From: Octopus sinensis
Taxonomy: Eukaryota
Length of the DNA: 64,000 nucleotides
Reading direction: 5' to 3'
Assembly (NCBI RefSeq): GCF_006345805.1
Contig: NC_043011.1
Coordinates: 496,001 to 560,000 of the forward strand
The stretch's first letter is position 1; the number at the start of each line of letters is the position of its first letter. Shown here one piece after another: positions 23,207 through 37,727 of the stretch. Under the pieces are notes generated by a model, which saw only the letters and a list, made by a program, of their open reading frames with translations, searched no databases and was not told where the DNA came from. A program made the position numbers and the translations under genes.

Positions 23207-25061
23207 ACTAGCCCAAGGACAGCCCTTCGGGCGGTTTCTGCTAGACCCTTGCTAATATTTTCATATTTGATTCCCAATTCTAATGATTTTTATATTTTAC
23301 GTCTAATTATTCCTTTGTATAATAGTGCTCACTTGTTTAGTAAGTATTGAATTCATTATTTTATTACAGTCATAATTTCTCCTTTTTAAACAAACATCAC
23401 GGTAGTCCAATAACAGAGGGAGAAGCAGTTTTTCAAGTTTTACCTTTCCCTCAAAGCAACATAGAGATTTCAATTCAGTAAGCTTTGCAGTGTGTGAGAG
23501 AGAAAGAGGGGAGATAGAGAACATCGCGACGCATCTTAGCAAGTATTAATTGAGTTACAAAGGATTTGCCGGTATCTCTAGCAATATCGAAGAAAAAAAT
23601 GCCGCCCGCCTATTTTTCAACGGCACTGACGACAGTTTCGTACACCAGCCTCTGATCAGGGAGCAATTTCGGTTCATTTACTCTCAGGTACTCCGCAAGG
23701 CCATCAGCGTCATACGACAACTCCAGAAGTAACTTTGGTGGGAGTGTGTTAACGTCCTGTCGCAATGAGGATGGTAAACCGAATGTGTTCAACGCTGCCC
23801 CACCCATTTTGAGCAAGGCATCCTCGATTTCAATCAGCGCATTGTTGTAGATCAGGTCATTGTATCCAATGTCAGCATTAGGGAACTGTTGCTTTGCCAG
23901 TCATCATTTGCCTTGACCACCGAGAAAGCAAAATTACACACAGAGAATTTTATAAACAGAAATGAATGGGGAACAGGTTGGTAAATCCAATTGTCACTAA
24001 GAAAAGAAAAATCGGATTTTTTGCGTGGAATCAACTACCCTGGCCTCCTAATATACTACGAAACCCTTTTTGTTCTCCGAAAAACGGGATGTGGTTGGTA
24101 TGGTGAAGCCTCGGAAATTTCACCCCCCATACCCATTGTTCTTTTCGCCATCTATTTTTCAATGTACGTGGAAAAATACAGAGATTAAGAATATGGAAAA
24201 CATTTGTTTTTAATCGCAAATTTACCATGAAAAACTCCAGGCAAATTTTTAGATAACACTTGCACGATTTTCACTAAGAAATAAAAATCAGATTTTTTGA
24301 GTAGAATCAACTACCCTGGCCTCCTAATATGCTACAAAACCCTTTTTGTGGTCCGAGAAACGGGGTGTGGTGTGATGGAGACCTCGGAAATTTTACCCAT
24401 TTGTATTGTGTAAGTCACTGACAAATTTTTACCTGCCTCTTTGTTTCTATGTTGTTAAATAAATGGATTCTCAACAAAACACTTTTTTCCTCGGCGTAAA
24501 ATAAAAACAACTCTTTCCATCCCAAAGTAATGTGTGTGTGAGAGAGAGGGGGGAGAAAGATGAACGATTTAAAATAAATAAATGATTTAAAATAAATATA
24601 TTTTAACTGTTGTGTGAGAAAGCATATATAATCTGATTATAAGATATAGTTCCTTTCAAAAACATCTTAAATTTGAATACTATATCTCGTGTTTAAGAAA
24701 AAAGAGAACATTTTACATTTTTATTTTTGGTGAACGCTGTCACTTACCCTCTCTGTCTCTCTCTCTCACACACACACACACACATACATCAATACACTTC
24801 TCACTCCCTCACACATACACACACATTTTCACTTCGCTATGGCCAGAAGGAACTTAACTCATGTTAGCAAACTTCAAAATTGGTAAAAGGTAAGGTTGAA
24901 GATCGATTACTGCGGGTGCTTCAAGGAAAATAATTTGACGAAAATACAGCTAGGGTCGTGACAAATGTCCTCCTAAAATTGGAGCGACATGCGTGCTAAT
25001 TTGTGGACGTGCATAAATTACATTCACGTACACACACACATCCTACCTCTTATATATACAT
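23207..25061 (-). mobile_element. Non-autonomous Helitron carrying a PIF1-helicase fragment
   Basis: Minus strand LLELSYDADGLAEYLRVNEPKLLPDQRLVYETVVSAVEK*AGGIFFFDIARDTGKSF (degenerate Walker A); hairpin + CTAG at the 3' end (23207); largely repeated at 38010-39480. Confidence 0.8.
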
Positions 25062-25312
25062 ATTTCTTAGAACATTAATTTATAAAAAATATTTCCAGAT
25101 GGTCAAGCTTTTAATATTGGTTTCTTTTAGTACTTTTAGTAATTGTTACATACCTATGAAATAAGCAGCTTTCCCCGTTATAGTATAGGCTGCAAAAGGC
25201 GACGGAAAGACCCTCTGTAACAAATAATCCCAAGGACGTAACAAATATTTCAGTACACGATATTACAGCAAGAATCTTGGAAACAAATATAAAAACTACA
25301 TACGCACGCACG

Positions 25313-25392
<80 letters not shown>

Positions 25393-27071
25393 TTTCTTTG
25401 CGTATTCCATATTTAAATAATTTGCGCTTCAGAAATAAAACCTTTCTGATTGAAAAGGAAATTGATTGAAGTGTGTAACAAAGGAACAGTCATTAAGCAA
25501 ACTGTTTAATGGGAACCGTTATGCTTAACGATTACTGTTGAGGAAAAATAAAGGCTTCCTGTACCATGGGAAATAGAGATAATTAAATTCCTGTGAAGAT
25601 TTATCATTTTTGAAGAAAAGAGTATATTCTCACGTTTTTTTTTTTGTCTTGGTGGTGAAGAATGGCTTTATACTTCTCAATAAATTTATCGCCTTTGTCT
25701 GCATTCAGTATATTCGATTTCTCGCATTTTCGGTGACAATATATCAAAGATGTAGGCAATTTTTTTTTTTTTTTTTTTTTTTTTGCATTTTGAAGGTTTA
25801 AATCATCTGAAAATATTTTGTTTCATCATTAGTCAAAAATATCTTCTCAGCTCTATCATTTGCTCCTAGTTTGTCTAAACTGCAGTAAATTCTTGCTTTG
25901 AGTCCACATTGCTGGAGAATTTGAAGGATTATTCCATCCTATTTATTATCAAAAATGTTAATCTTGATCTCGAGATTTATTCCCAACCAATTCAGAATTA
26001 TGTTGTCGTATTTCATTTACCGATGAAATCAAGTTATCAACACTGACACTTCTGTAAAACGTTTCTGTTAAGATTACATACAATATAAACAAAAATTCTT
26101 ATATCTGTCTTCACTTATTCTGCTGCTTTAATATAATGGTTCATAGAATTTGCAGAAACTGACCTAATAGATAATTGTTTACTGCAGTCAATGTATCAAT
26201 ATAAAATTTTAAACTCAAACGGTTACAATAAATGAAACTTGAAAAGAGATATTGAATCACGGGATTATGTTACCGCTCATCAATTACTAAAACATTCTAT
26301 AATTAATTCATATAGTTCATAATATCAATTTTTGAAATTGTTATACCGGTATTACTGGTGCAATGACACATTTGCTCAATCTAATGGAAACTAGTACATC
26401 TCAGACGAAATAAAAAAATTTAGTCTGGTTTGGATTCAATCTCACAACATATGATGTCCCAAAGATTATTTCATTTATACTATTTCTGAGATCCCACCAT
26501 CCTATCATTTTTAACATCAATTTATGTCAGACACAAAGACGGGAATTTTAGAATAATTCGTATTGTAAATTAAATCAACCCAATGTTGATTTAATTTATC
26601 ATTAAATATTCATTTTATTCACTCGAAAGGGATTTGAACCCAGAACGTTAAAGTATTTAAGTGAATTTTTCAAAGCATGTAATCTGCAATTCACTTTCAG
26701 CAATCTATAACCATTTATATGTGAACTACTAAAGGAATAATCATTCTCATCAAATTTGAAATTATATATTCTTTTCTCACCAAGAACGTACGAATTTATT
26801 ATTAAAGCAATCATCCCTTGTAAAAATAAACAAAACATCTGCTTCTTTCATGAGATCAGCTACGTTAGTGTTTTATCAAACAGATGTGTGACTTTGCAAA
26901 AAGGTATAAACTTATCGCTTCCTTAATTTATTTCAGCACACGATATTACAGCAAGAATCTTGGAAACAAATATAAAAATTACACACGCACGCACGCACAC
27001 AAATACACACACACACTCACACAAACACATTCTTTTGTGTATTCCATATCCAAAAATATTTTATATCAATA

Positions 27072-28071
27072 TCTATAAAGCTGAAATGCGAAAAATTTGT
27101 TTGTCTCATTTGGGGATGGGAACGGTTTAAGGGCCTGTAGATGGGGTCGGATTGGCTCCAAAATTTACAGGGACACATAAAACGAGGCGAGGAAGCGACT
27201 GGACTAGGTTAGAAACCCCTATCTCAAAAGCTGTGGTTACTAGGGCAACAAAATCCAGACTTTGACAAGTGTTTGTCGTTTCTCTCTTTCGGATTTCACC
27301 CTGCCTTCCTCGATCTCTCTCTTTTCTTCCTTCCTTCCTTCATGAATATCTATAAAGCTGAAATGCGAAAAAGTTGTTTGGTTGTTTGTCTGTTTTTGGG
27401 GTGGGAACGGTTTAAGGGGCGATAGATTGAGTCGGATTGGCGCTATAATTTATACTGGGGGTAAAATAGGGTGGGCAATGGTGTGAGGAGGGTTGCAAGT
27501 CGCTTGGGGCTACCGTTTGGTTGCCATGGTGAGGAATATGGGAAAAATTGAGTTTTATGGGATAGACAGGTTGCGCTGTTTGAATAATGGTGGCTTTTCG
27601 TGTTGCTGCAGGGACTAGAGGCGGTTATCTTTAATTATGGGTGTAAAAATTTGGGGGATTTGGGAAAGGGTGGTAAAATTTTTCAACTTTCAAAAAGAGT
27701 ACATTTTTGCCCTATTTTTAGATTTAATTTTTTCTGTTTGCATTATTTGGTTAACATGGGTTAAAATGGCATTGTGTTAAAGGCCAAAATTTTAGCTTTC
27801 ATTTGCATCATGAACCGTCAAAAGATACCAGAAAAAGTATCAAATTTCACAAAATTTTAAGTAACTTTGAATTATTTTTGTGATTTTACGTGCATGCGTA
27901 AGAGAAAGCGAGGGAGAGTCCGAGAGAAAGGTAGAGTAAGAGAGTGAGAAAGTGAGAGAGAAAGGAGAGAGAAACAAAGAGGGAGAATGTGGCGATAAGA
28001 ATCAGAAAGGAAGCAACAGAAAGTAACGACCACACCCTCACCCGCGCGTAGAGCGGGTCACCTTAAGCTAG
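27072..28071 (+). mobile_element. Non-autonomous Helitron with duplicated 5' end
   Basis: Starts TC (TCTATAAAGCTG, repeated at ~27349); ends CCCGCGCGTAGAGCGGG hairpin + CTAG; sits between A and T without TSD. Confidence 0.85.
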
Positions 28072-29121
28072 TTTAAAATATAAAATTACACACGATATAA
28101 CAGCAAGAATCTTGGAAACAAATATAAAAATTACACACGCACACACGCACACGCACACACACACACACACAATATCCACCCAAAATCCAGTGCCATAATG
28201 CTAAATAACTGGCAAAACAGCTGGTATTAAAGGGCAGGCCTACCACTGTGCAGGCAACACAGGTTATCATGAAATGATGTTCACTATATATTTAATCACT
28301 CCTAACTTTGCAAGTTTTAAAAATTCGGTTGACTCACTCAGCCAGAAACTGCATTTTTATATATATTTGTGGGAAGAAAGTGGGATTTGGGAAACGGATT
28401 GTCATAACTTTCACTGGCCTTACGAGATCGATGTAATCAATGTCACTAATATTTCTTTAGAATAGTTCCAAGTTGAGAGCTACAGATGCACAAACTTACA
28501 AAACGGAGAAAATGAAACAAATATGGACGACTTGTTCACAAACACCCGCGAGTGGGAAACAGTTCTCAAAAATAGGTCCCAATAGTTTTGCCCCCAAATT
28601 CTTATGTTCTCGGAATTTACAATTTACAAATTGTAGAGAATTTCATTAAAAAATATCTATTTTCTTCAAAGGTAAGACGAATTGAAGTGGACTCCAGTGA
28701 ATTTTCCGAAATTCCCTCCCTCAATCCTCCTAAAACACTTCCCCCACAAAATTTTGTATATTCGGAATCTGCATGATATAACACATATTCGTAGACAATT
28801 TCATAAAAAATATCCATTTTTCTGAAAGTTGTGATCATCCAAAGTCGGCGGTGGGGGCAGAAATCTGCAGCTATGCCTTTGAATCAAACACGAAGAGATT
28901 TCAGCTCAAGCAAATTTTTTCAACAAGTTCTTCAAAAAGATTTCAGCATAAACTCTCGGAAAATATGCTCAAAAAGAAACAAAAAATATTCCGTGAATCT
29001 TCTCAGCTGCAAAAGCCTCTGTATCAGTGATGGAAGTTTTTTTCTTACCTTTTTGCTGAATTCACAAACTGACTGGTGGGAATAAAATGACCTGTTAATT
29101 TTCATCTCTGTTCATATGTAT

Positions 29122-29349
29122 AAGGCGGCGAGCTGGCAGAAACGTTAGCAGGCCGGACGAAATGCGTAGCCGTATTTCGTCTGCTGTTACGTTCTGAGTT
29201 CAAATTCCGCCGAGGTCGACTCTGCCTTTCATCCTTTCAGGCTCGATAAATTAAGTACCAGTTACGCACTGGGGTCGATATAATCGACTTAATACTTTGT
29301 CCTTGTTTGTCCCCTCTATGTTTATCCCCTTGTGGGTGATAATGAAATA
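29122..29349 (+). mobile_element. SINE family C, full length
   Basis: AGGCGGCGAGCTGGCAGAAACGTTAGC..GAGTTCAAATTCC..GCCTTTCATCC..CCCCTTGTGGG. Confidence 0.9.
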
Positions 29350-30048
29350 TATATACGTGTGTGTGTGTGTGTGTGTATGTGTGCGTTACCAGTACCATAA
29401 ATCTCTACCCGTCTCTCTCTCTCTATCTATATATCTCTCTGTCCTCTTTCTCTTCTTTCACTGATTTCCACTCCATATCAACCCATTTCATATCATTCAA
29501 TTCTTTTATCTCCCCCCCCCCAATGCCATTCATCGCCTTATAAACAGTCTGCAGCACCATATTTTTCTTGTGTACCTAGAATTTTTTTGTCACCAGAGAT
29601 AAAAGAGCCAATGCTCTTAGACACACCCACACAAATAAGTCTGTCTCCAGTTTATTTCTCCATAGGAAATTAAGATGGCATTGCTTTCAGTACTGACCAG
29701 TTCTATACTACATACACTCACGCACGCACGCACACACATACACACACACACAAACGCCACACACACACACACACACACATACACACACACACAAACGCCA
29801 CACATACATACGCGTTTGTAATTACCTACATGTTTTCACATACCACTAAATCGAAGGAAATAATCTATTCCTTCTTTAGTGACATCAGATCTTACGAATA
29901 AGATAAAATTGATAAAATTGTCCACATAAGGGATGTAAAGAATTTCTTTTTAATAACTCATTCTCGAATTGCCCCCTTTCTCTATTGGTATACTAAACAT
30001 TGTGTACAAAAGGTATAAAAATTCGGCATAACCCTACGCATGCCTCAG

Positions 30049-30189
30049 CAAAATATTACCATGCCCCACCAAAATATTACCATGCCCCACCAAAATATTA
30101 CCATGCCCCACCAAAATATTACCATGCCCCCACCAAAATATTACCATGCCCCACCAAAATATTACCAAGCCCCACCAAGATATTACCAC
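30049..30189 (+). repeat. 21-bp minisatellite (CAAAATATTACCATGCCCCAC), ~6.5 copies
   Basis: Directly visible tandem units; gives YYHAPPK repeats in the ORF track. Confidence 0.95.
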
Positions 30190-30259
30190 GACACTACGCA
30201 GCCAGTGTTGCCAGGTATGCGAATAAAAATCCAAGTGTTCAAGAATGGAGTAGATAAAA

Positions 30260-30577
30260 TCTGTGCTACGTGTTTCATAGCGGGCGGACCCGCGGAAGTG
30301 TTAAATATCCAAGCGAGGTGTATACCGCAGGTTACTCTTCAAACCATGGATATCTTGATTAAAAGCAGTTTGCATTATCGTTAAGCGGCCCATGTTAACA
30401 TTCGATCAGAATGCGTAGAGAACATCGTTTGGGTGGAGAATATATAATTGTGAGAAGTTATGACTATAAGAAAAGAAAAAAAAAGAATAAAGAATAAAAA
30501 ATATATAAGGGAGTTGGAGAGTTACAAGTAAAGAAATTAAGTAGGTTCATTTCACAGATGGTTTTCCATAGGGCCAT

Positions 30578-30648
<71 letters not shown>

Positions 30649-32030
30649 GTGAGTGGTATTTTAAATAGGATATTGTTGAGGGAAGCGGGGAGGGAGCATC
30701 TGTGGTCGATAGGAAGAAAAATGCATGCTTAAAGAGATGGTATAGTAGTAAATTTGAAAGTCTAGAGTGGGGGGGGGAGGGCAGAAGAATGTTAGCAGTG
30801 ACTAAAATTTAAGAATTAAGGAATGTATATTGTTGTGCAGGCGCGTGTGTACTGTTTGAACTAGTAGAGGTGTATGTAGGCGTATGTACTTGTAAGTTTA
30901 CTAAGATGATGTGGATGGGTAGGGATGAAGGCGAATTAAGAGACTATTTTTTAGACTATAAAAGGTAAGGAGAGATAAAAATAGATATAAAAAAAAAATA
31001 AGGAGTTATAGGGAAAATTATTAGTGGTCAAAGAGTTGGTAGTTGTGAGGGTAAATAAAGGGGAATGTCTATGAGAGCAGGGGGAGTTAGGGAATAACGC
31101 GAAGGGTTATTATTTGTATTTTCAGAATAGGTTACGTAGTCTGTGTCTGCTTGTAAAAATTATGTTATCACGTCCATTAGGACATTCAGTGGATTGCATA
31201 ATAGATAAGACGGTATATGGCTTAGTACGCCTGACTATGGATCGCTTTCAAGTGTAAGGAATTGATTCGTTCTAGAGTTTATGGATATGCTGAGATAAAG
31301 ACGTACTATTGGATTTTGTTTGGGACTTGAAGTTAGAATAGTGGTTGTCCATTCTAGCTTTGAAGATGGTACTGCACAAGCCGGTATACTGTGCATTTGT
31401 AAACTATGTTTTTATTAAGACAGTGATTATCTAAAGGATAAAATGTTGGGCGTCTGCGGCTGCATAGGTTCATAGGGGGCCTTATGGTTGAATATGTATG
31501 GTGATTGTCATTTTGTGACAGTGCAGTGTTAGGTTTATTATCAGTGGTAGTGTTAAAATTGGCATTTATTAGGGTGTTGAGAGAAACGTTGTGGTGTTGT
31601 ATATTATGGTTGTTATCTCCACCGATAAGTTTATTGTTATCTCCGGATTGTATCTGAGTTCCATGTTATTTTGTCTTCCGACCGGCCGGTCGTGTCTTTT
31701 TGCGTCGGAAAACTGCTGTTATTCCTGAATGTTTTATGGTTATTTCATGTTACTGTGAATGTGACTTTGTATCAGTGTGACCAGTTTTTTGCTGCTTCTG
31801 TAATGATGAGCAGACAAAGTTTTCGTAAGTTAATTTAGATATATTTAGTTGTTTTCTTACGTTAACCTGAGATATATACTTATAATATTGCGTTGATAAT
31901 AGTATATCCGCAGGTGGAAGTTCTTCACTTTATTCAATGTAATGTTTTGTTGTTAATTGCCTATGTGCAATTTATAATGTTTAAGCATTAAATTTCAGTA
32001 TATTCAACATTTTTCCTCATTTTATACTTT
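30260..32030 (-). mobile_element. Decayed Penelope-like element (GIY-YIG remnant + 3' region)
   Basis: Minus strand ~31150-31470 reads LCSRRRPTFYPLDNHCLNKNIVYKCTV..YTGLCSTIFKARMDNHYSNFK..NSTSLSQHIHKL, homologous to 58930-59200. Confidence 0.7.
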
Positions 32031-32519
32031 TCGACCGTGTGTATCAGTCATAATAAACATGTTAAATGTATATATTTTGTAGTAAAACTTTTATTACGAG
32101 AAAGTTCTATATCAGAAAGCCAAATATCAGAAAATGTATCAGAATGCCCCATAAAATGTCAATTTTCAGTAAAATGTATCAGAATACACCAGCAAAATGT
32201 CAGTGAGTATATTTATGAAATATATTAGAATGCATTGTGTTTTGCAGTAAGTGAATATCAGAAAAGGTGGTCATATTCAAAAATGTCAGAATATTTTATT
32301 ATTTTCAGAATATCATCATATCAGAAAACAAATAGCAAAAAACCCTGTTCAAATAATTTTGTATTTAAGTTTATATTATTTTTCTATTTTCTTATTTTTT
32401 GTAGTCTACCGTACACTTGTATGAACACGTGCTACACGTACACACCGTTACGTATGGCTCCAAAGTTTAAACCATTGTTGATCTTTATTGTCTACACGAA
32501 ACAGCAACAATGATAGTTT

Positions 32520-34883
32520 TCATGTCCGATGATATCGTCTATATCGTTCTTTATTTCTGTATGAGGTATAGTTAGGTCTTCAGGTAGGTTTAAGGATCAG
32601 ATGCTCACTTTTGCTGAAATTGAAGAGTTCTATGAATGAGTATCGCATTTTTAATTGGTCGACAGCTGTGTTAATAGTTTTTTTATAGAGCTTTCTGTAA
32701 TGTTGTCTGGGATCAATAGATTTATTCCTGAATTTCTTAATTTCGATTGCTGCATCGGTTCCATATTTTCTGTCTTAACATATCATAAATTATTGAAAAA
32801 TCAGCGAGTTTATTTTTAAGCAGTTTCAATTTTTATCTATTTGCTCTTTGCAATACGCTATGTTATGACTTTTAGTCTGAAAGATGTTAAATAAGACATC
32901 AGTGAAAGAAAATATGTCACTAAATACATCTAATAAAAATAATAAATCAGGAGATTAAAAAAAATATAAGATTCCAATAGCAGAATTTATTGTGGTCTCA
33001 TCCCATGCTTCGGGATTTTCAATGATGTCTTCAAAATGGCTCGCTATGAAATTACAATTTTCTTTTATAACAAGAACAAGACACGAGGAGTAGTTCCTAT
33101 CGTTTTGGGAAATCTTTTTTTTTAACTAAGTTATCTAACGCATTAGCCCTTTTGGGTGATTTTGTAATAAATGTACCCAGTCCATTTACTGTATAAAAAT
33201 ATTCTGCTTTGATATATTGAAGAACTTGCGAAAGAACTACATTTAGGACATTAGCACAACAATGAACAAAGATCGCACATTCATATTTCCCTCTCACTTT
33301 TGACAGCAGCACATTTAATTGCCCTGCCATTGTAACGACACCCAATAAAAGTTTTCTGCAATTAATTTGTTTTCACACTTCCGCGTTTCAATGCATTTTA
33401 AAAACATTTTCAGATAAAGCGTTTTCTGAACGATCTGCACTAACGTCATTAAAACCGACAAATCGTTCTTTAATAACACAATACATAATGTAAAACAGTT
33501 GACAGTTATGTATATTTCGATACACTGGACGTTTCACATACAAAAATAACTACGAATTTAGCCTACTTCAGTTCATTTTCTATTTCATCCAACATAACTT
33601 TTTGAACTGCATCAATCATTTTGAATTCTGTTTGAGAGACCTGAGAAAACAGAAACTGTATCAAGATGACTTACCAATGATTCGATATATTTACTGATTA
33701 AATACAAGAGTGCTTTATAATTTCCGCAATTATTGGACCCTTTAGATTCAAAATGAACCCGAATTGATAAGTTCTAGCGACCGAGGAAAGTAACTGCATA
33801 ACTCGCCGCAGAATGGATCTATTTCGTTTAACTTCATTATGCTGTTGTATGCTCTGTTTTTATACGCATCCAATCGCAAGTCTATCTGAACATTTCCAAA
33901 TGATTTAAGATCTATCAAAGATTTTATGCCTTTGAGAACGTTCATGTTTTAGTGTGGCAATATGTAGATTATGTAAGTCATCGTAACCTTTATCATTCCA
34001 AACAATTTTTCCTAAACTAAATAATAGGCATAGCCAGCAGAATAGCTTATTTTGTTTAGCACTTTCAGTTAACCATTTTTACCTTTCATATACCTTAGCC
34101 TGGCATTGTCGAATTCGTTTCTTGTTGGAACTTCGCAAATTAGGTACTTTCGACGTTGGTTTTCCATCATATACAATTGTTTCCTTTCAAAGTCTGTATT
34201 TTTAAAATCCTTTCTTTCAAAAGTTCTATATCACATTTCTGTCAACTGGACTAATATATCGAACGTTCAAAAGATTTTATAAAAGAAATGTGTATGTGTG
34301 TGTCTGTGTGTATGTGCGCGCATACGAATTACGAGTCAGTTCGAATAAAACGGAAGAAAAAATAAATCAACGAAGCAATGAAAAAGTCTCGTCAAAAGGG
34401 AGAAATTCCAACTTACATATAACAGATAATCTAAAAAAAGTTCGCAACTGTAATAATGAACATTAAAGAGAAACTAAATAATTTTGTCCTGTTATCAAAA
34501 ATTAGGTCTGAACCGATCTGACTGACAAAGAATTTTGAAAAGGTTTTTATTAGTGCCTTTTGACTGAAGTCAAACGGTCAAATCCATTCAACTATGTGGT
34601 TAATCTTTAGCGACAACATTGCAGGACTTCGAAACTATTTTCAACGGGATGGGAAATGCGGTCAGGTAGAACTGTCTTCAATAACCCAAGTAATGCTATA
34701 TTTATATTGCATCTGACCATCTCCTTCGAAACAAATTAACTATTTAGTTTCGTTTTCAATGATTTTGACATATTTTCGATGTAGTTGCAAATAAATTACG
34801 TTCTAAATTTATTTTTGATTTCTATATAAAATATATGACCATGCAACGCATGACTTGCATAGCTGGAGCGTACGCCACCGATA
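32520..34883 (-). mobile_element. Decayed hAT (ZMYM1/DUF4371-type) transposon
   Basis: Minus-strand fragments KWLTESANK..LFCWLC (TTF-finger-like), GNVQIDLRLD, AIFVHCCANVLNVVL..SPKR; TIR-like CGGTGGCGTACGC near 34868-34883. Confidence 0.75.
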
Positions 34884-35812
34884 TAAGATGGAACAAGAAC
34901 GTAACAGGCGACAACAAAACATTCGGACAGTTAGACGATACGAAAAAGGACAGGAAAAAACAAGGACGGGTCATTCGATATATATATATATATGTATAGT
35001 TATATAAATAATTCTATCTTCTTGTACATTTAACAATAGAATGAATAGAAGGGTGAGCAAGCAGAAGTCGAGGTTTCAATTCATCATAATCTGTTTATTT
35101 TTAAGAAATTATATCGGACAAAAGAAGCAAAGTTCTTTTCATTAAATGATGTAGTTCTGTAGTTATTGATTGATGTTTAGAGTAAATTTCATTTATTTGG
35201 TTAACTTGTGAGAATATGAACATATGAGAAAGAGAGAGGGGGGGGGGAGATAGCGGCTCAGATAGTTCGTGACATAGATTCTCATTGTTGACAAGTCTAG
35301 CTGTTAAACCAACAACTGATGGCCGAATAACAACAGATGAATGATTTTATATCAGGGTTGGATGATTCGTAATCAAACAAATTGATTGACTAGTTTAATT
35401 CCAATATCATCAATTGATATGATGTGCGTTTGAGAAATCTAAATAATCAAGTTTTTGCTACCTTTAGTGAGTCGAATTGATGTGTATTAAAAAATCCCAG
35501 TTATTCAGTTTTGTGATGACGTCGTCAGTCAATTTGAGGAGTCCGGTTATTTATTGAAAGATCTGATTGGAAATAAATCCGGCTTGGAATCTTTGGCAGA
35601 GACCTTCACACTACACAGTTAGTTATGCAGCAACGAGCGAAATTACTATATCCGAAAGTATGATTTGCTACTGATGTTTATAAGTTACGCAGAAAATGGC
35701 AAGTAAACAACAAAAGATGTGGTTTTTAATGTATTTACGATATAGTGTAGTATATCGAAAGATTGATGTGATGCGAGGCCAGTAATATGATTCACAGACT
35801 TCAGAAGAGAGT

Positions 35813-36040
35813 CTGAACTTGGCAGACACGTTAGCGCGCCGGGCGAAATGCTTAGCGGTATTTCGTCTGTCGTTACGTTCTAAGTTCAAATTCCGTCGAG
35901 GTCAACTTTGCCTTTCATCCTTTCGGGGTTGATAAATAAAGTGCCAGTTTCGCACTGGGGGCGATATAATCGACTCAATCCCTTCGTCTGTCCTTGTTTG
36001 TCCCCTCTGTGTTTAGCCCCTTGTGGGCAGTAAAGAAATA
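35813..36040 (+). mobile_element. SINE family C
   Basis: Same family as 29122-29349. Confidence 0.88.
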
Positions 36041-36454
36041 TATATACGTGAACATACAATGAGTGTTGCTTGTATATGTATGAGTGAGTTGTAGCCAAAT
36101 TGTGGATATCTTAGAGTAAATGTTCACATGATCCTGAATATGGCACAGTATTGGATTGCGTACATATTTAAATGAGTTTGAATATGATGCGATATCAAAT
36201 TGCGTATGCAAATGAGTATATACTCAAGTGAGTATATACTCAAGTGAGTCTAAGTATAAGTTAGTGAAGCAATTTTCACTGAATGGTACCGAGGAGGAAA
36301 ATCGCTGTTAATGGTATGTCAAGAAAACGTCTGGCAATGTATATAGTTTGGTAAGTACATTGAAGGGAGTTATGCCAGGTACATGTATGTCATGGATAAT
36401 TGCTGTGAGTAAAGTATGTACGACATGCAACAAAAGATGCTGAATGCACTATAC

Positions 36455-36665
36455 CTTGGAGAAGGACATCATGCTTGGAATGGTCAGTGGCAAGAGAGGA
36501 AGAGGCCGACCAAGAACCTGCTGGCCTGACCCCATCAAGAGGGATACCGGAATGGACATAGCCAATCTGAAAGAAGCGGCCCAGGATAGAATTGACTGGA
36601 GGACACTGATCAAACGAGTAACCGAGAGTCGACTTCGACTGAGCGGATAGATAGATAGATAGATA
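36455..36665 (+). mobile_element. RTE-clade LINE extreme 3' fragment with (TAGA)n tail
   Basis: LEKDIMLGMVSGKRGRGRPRTCW.D.IK..AAQDRIDWR..VTESRLRL. Confidence 0.8.
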
Positions 36666-36799
36666 GCACTATACCAAGTATGCTTTTTCTATGTACACTG
36701 TGACCAGAACAAATTTGTACAGTTGAAATATGATAAATTGCTGCAAGAAGCATCAGAGAAAACGTACTCTGTGTTCCTAACCGAAATGCCGAGAGAAAA

Positions 36800-37290
36800 T
36801 GAGAAGCACTGTTAAAAAGTCTGTTCATATTAAACTGTGTGATGAATTCGTTAGCAGGTGGAAAGTGAAATGGTAGAGTGGAAGCAGTCGCTAGGCGCAA
36901 TGTTCAGCAGAATTGAAGTCGATGATCAAAATTTGTGATTGATACACATATGTAAGCAATCACCGGGAGAGAGGCAATACGGTGCACGTTTTGTATTATA
37001 TGAACGTATGAGTGTTGCAACGTTGTTTAAGTCAAAGACGAAAGTGCAGTAGCCCGAGAACAAAGAAAATACTCGTGCAAAAATAGGTTGCAAAAACCAA
37101 TGGAATCCAGAAAATAACATGTGATGGAGTGCATTATGGATAATACAGGCGGAAGAAGAGAAAAATGCCAATGCGCATGAACGGAACGCTGCCAAGGCGT
37201 CGTGCAGAAACTGGATTACAGAAAGTTGAGTACTGTCATCTTGTGAAATGTAAACACATGCTACCACGTGTTCAACATGAACTAGTGTGC
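36800..37290 (+). mobile_element. Possible piggyBac transposase C-terminal remnant
   Basis: Frame-broken VKW and RRREKCQC..C..C Cys-rich pattern; weak. Confidence 0.3.
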
Positions 37291-37438
37291 AGGCAAAACT
37301 TACGATCAGCATTATGCGATGAACTATGCAGATAAATGCGCAAAAAAGAATGAGTAAATATTTTTGCTGCTGTGTGCAACGAGTTCCGGTTTTAAATATT
37401 AAGCTACATATGTATATATAAATGTATGTATTGTATGC

Positions 37439-37473
<35 letters not shown>

Positions 37474-37640
37474 CAGACACACACACACATACACACACAC
37501 ACATATACATCGTTCAAATTTACAGAAAACGAAAGACAAAGGCTGGAAGGATTGAGAGGGAAAATACTGGAGAACAAAAAAATAAATGGATAGAGAAAAA
37601 TGTGTAGGGATTAACGGTTCAACATAATGTATATATATAT

Positions 37641-37703
<63 letters not shown>

Positions 37704-37727
37704 TGTACACACATATATATATATAGT

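Noticed and set aside
29045-29095. Possible minus-strand micro-exon (AG..GHFIPTSQFVNSAK..GTAAG)
   Set aside because: No polypyrimidine tract, no recognisable partner exons or homology
30049-30189. CRISPR-like or coding repeat (YYHAPPK / PHQNITM)
   Set aside because: Contiguous tandem units without unique spacers; eukaryotic context; no cas genes
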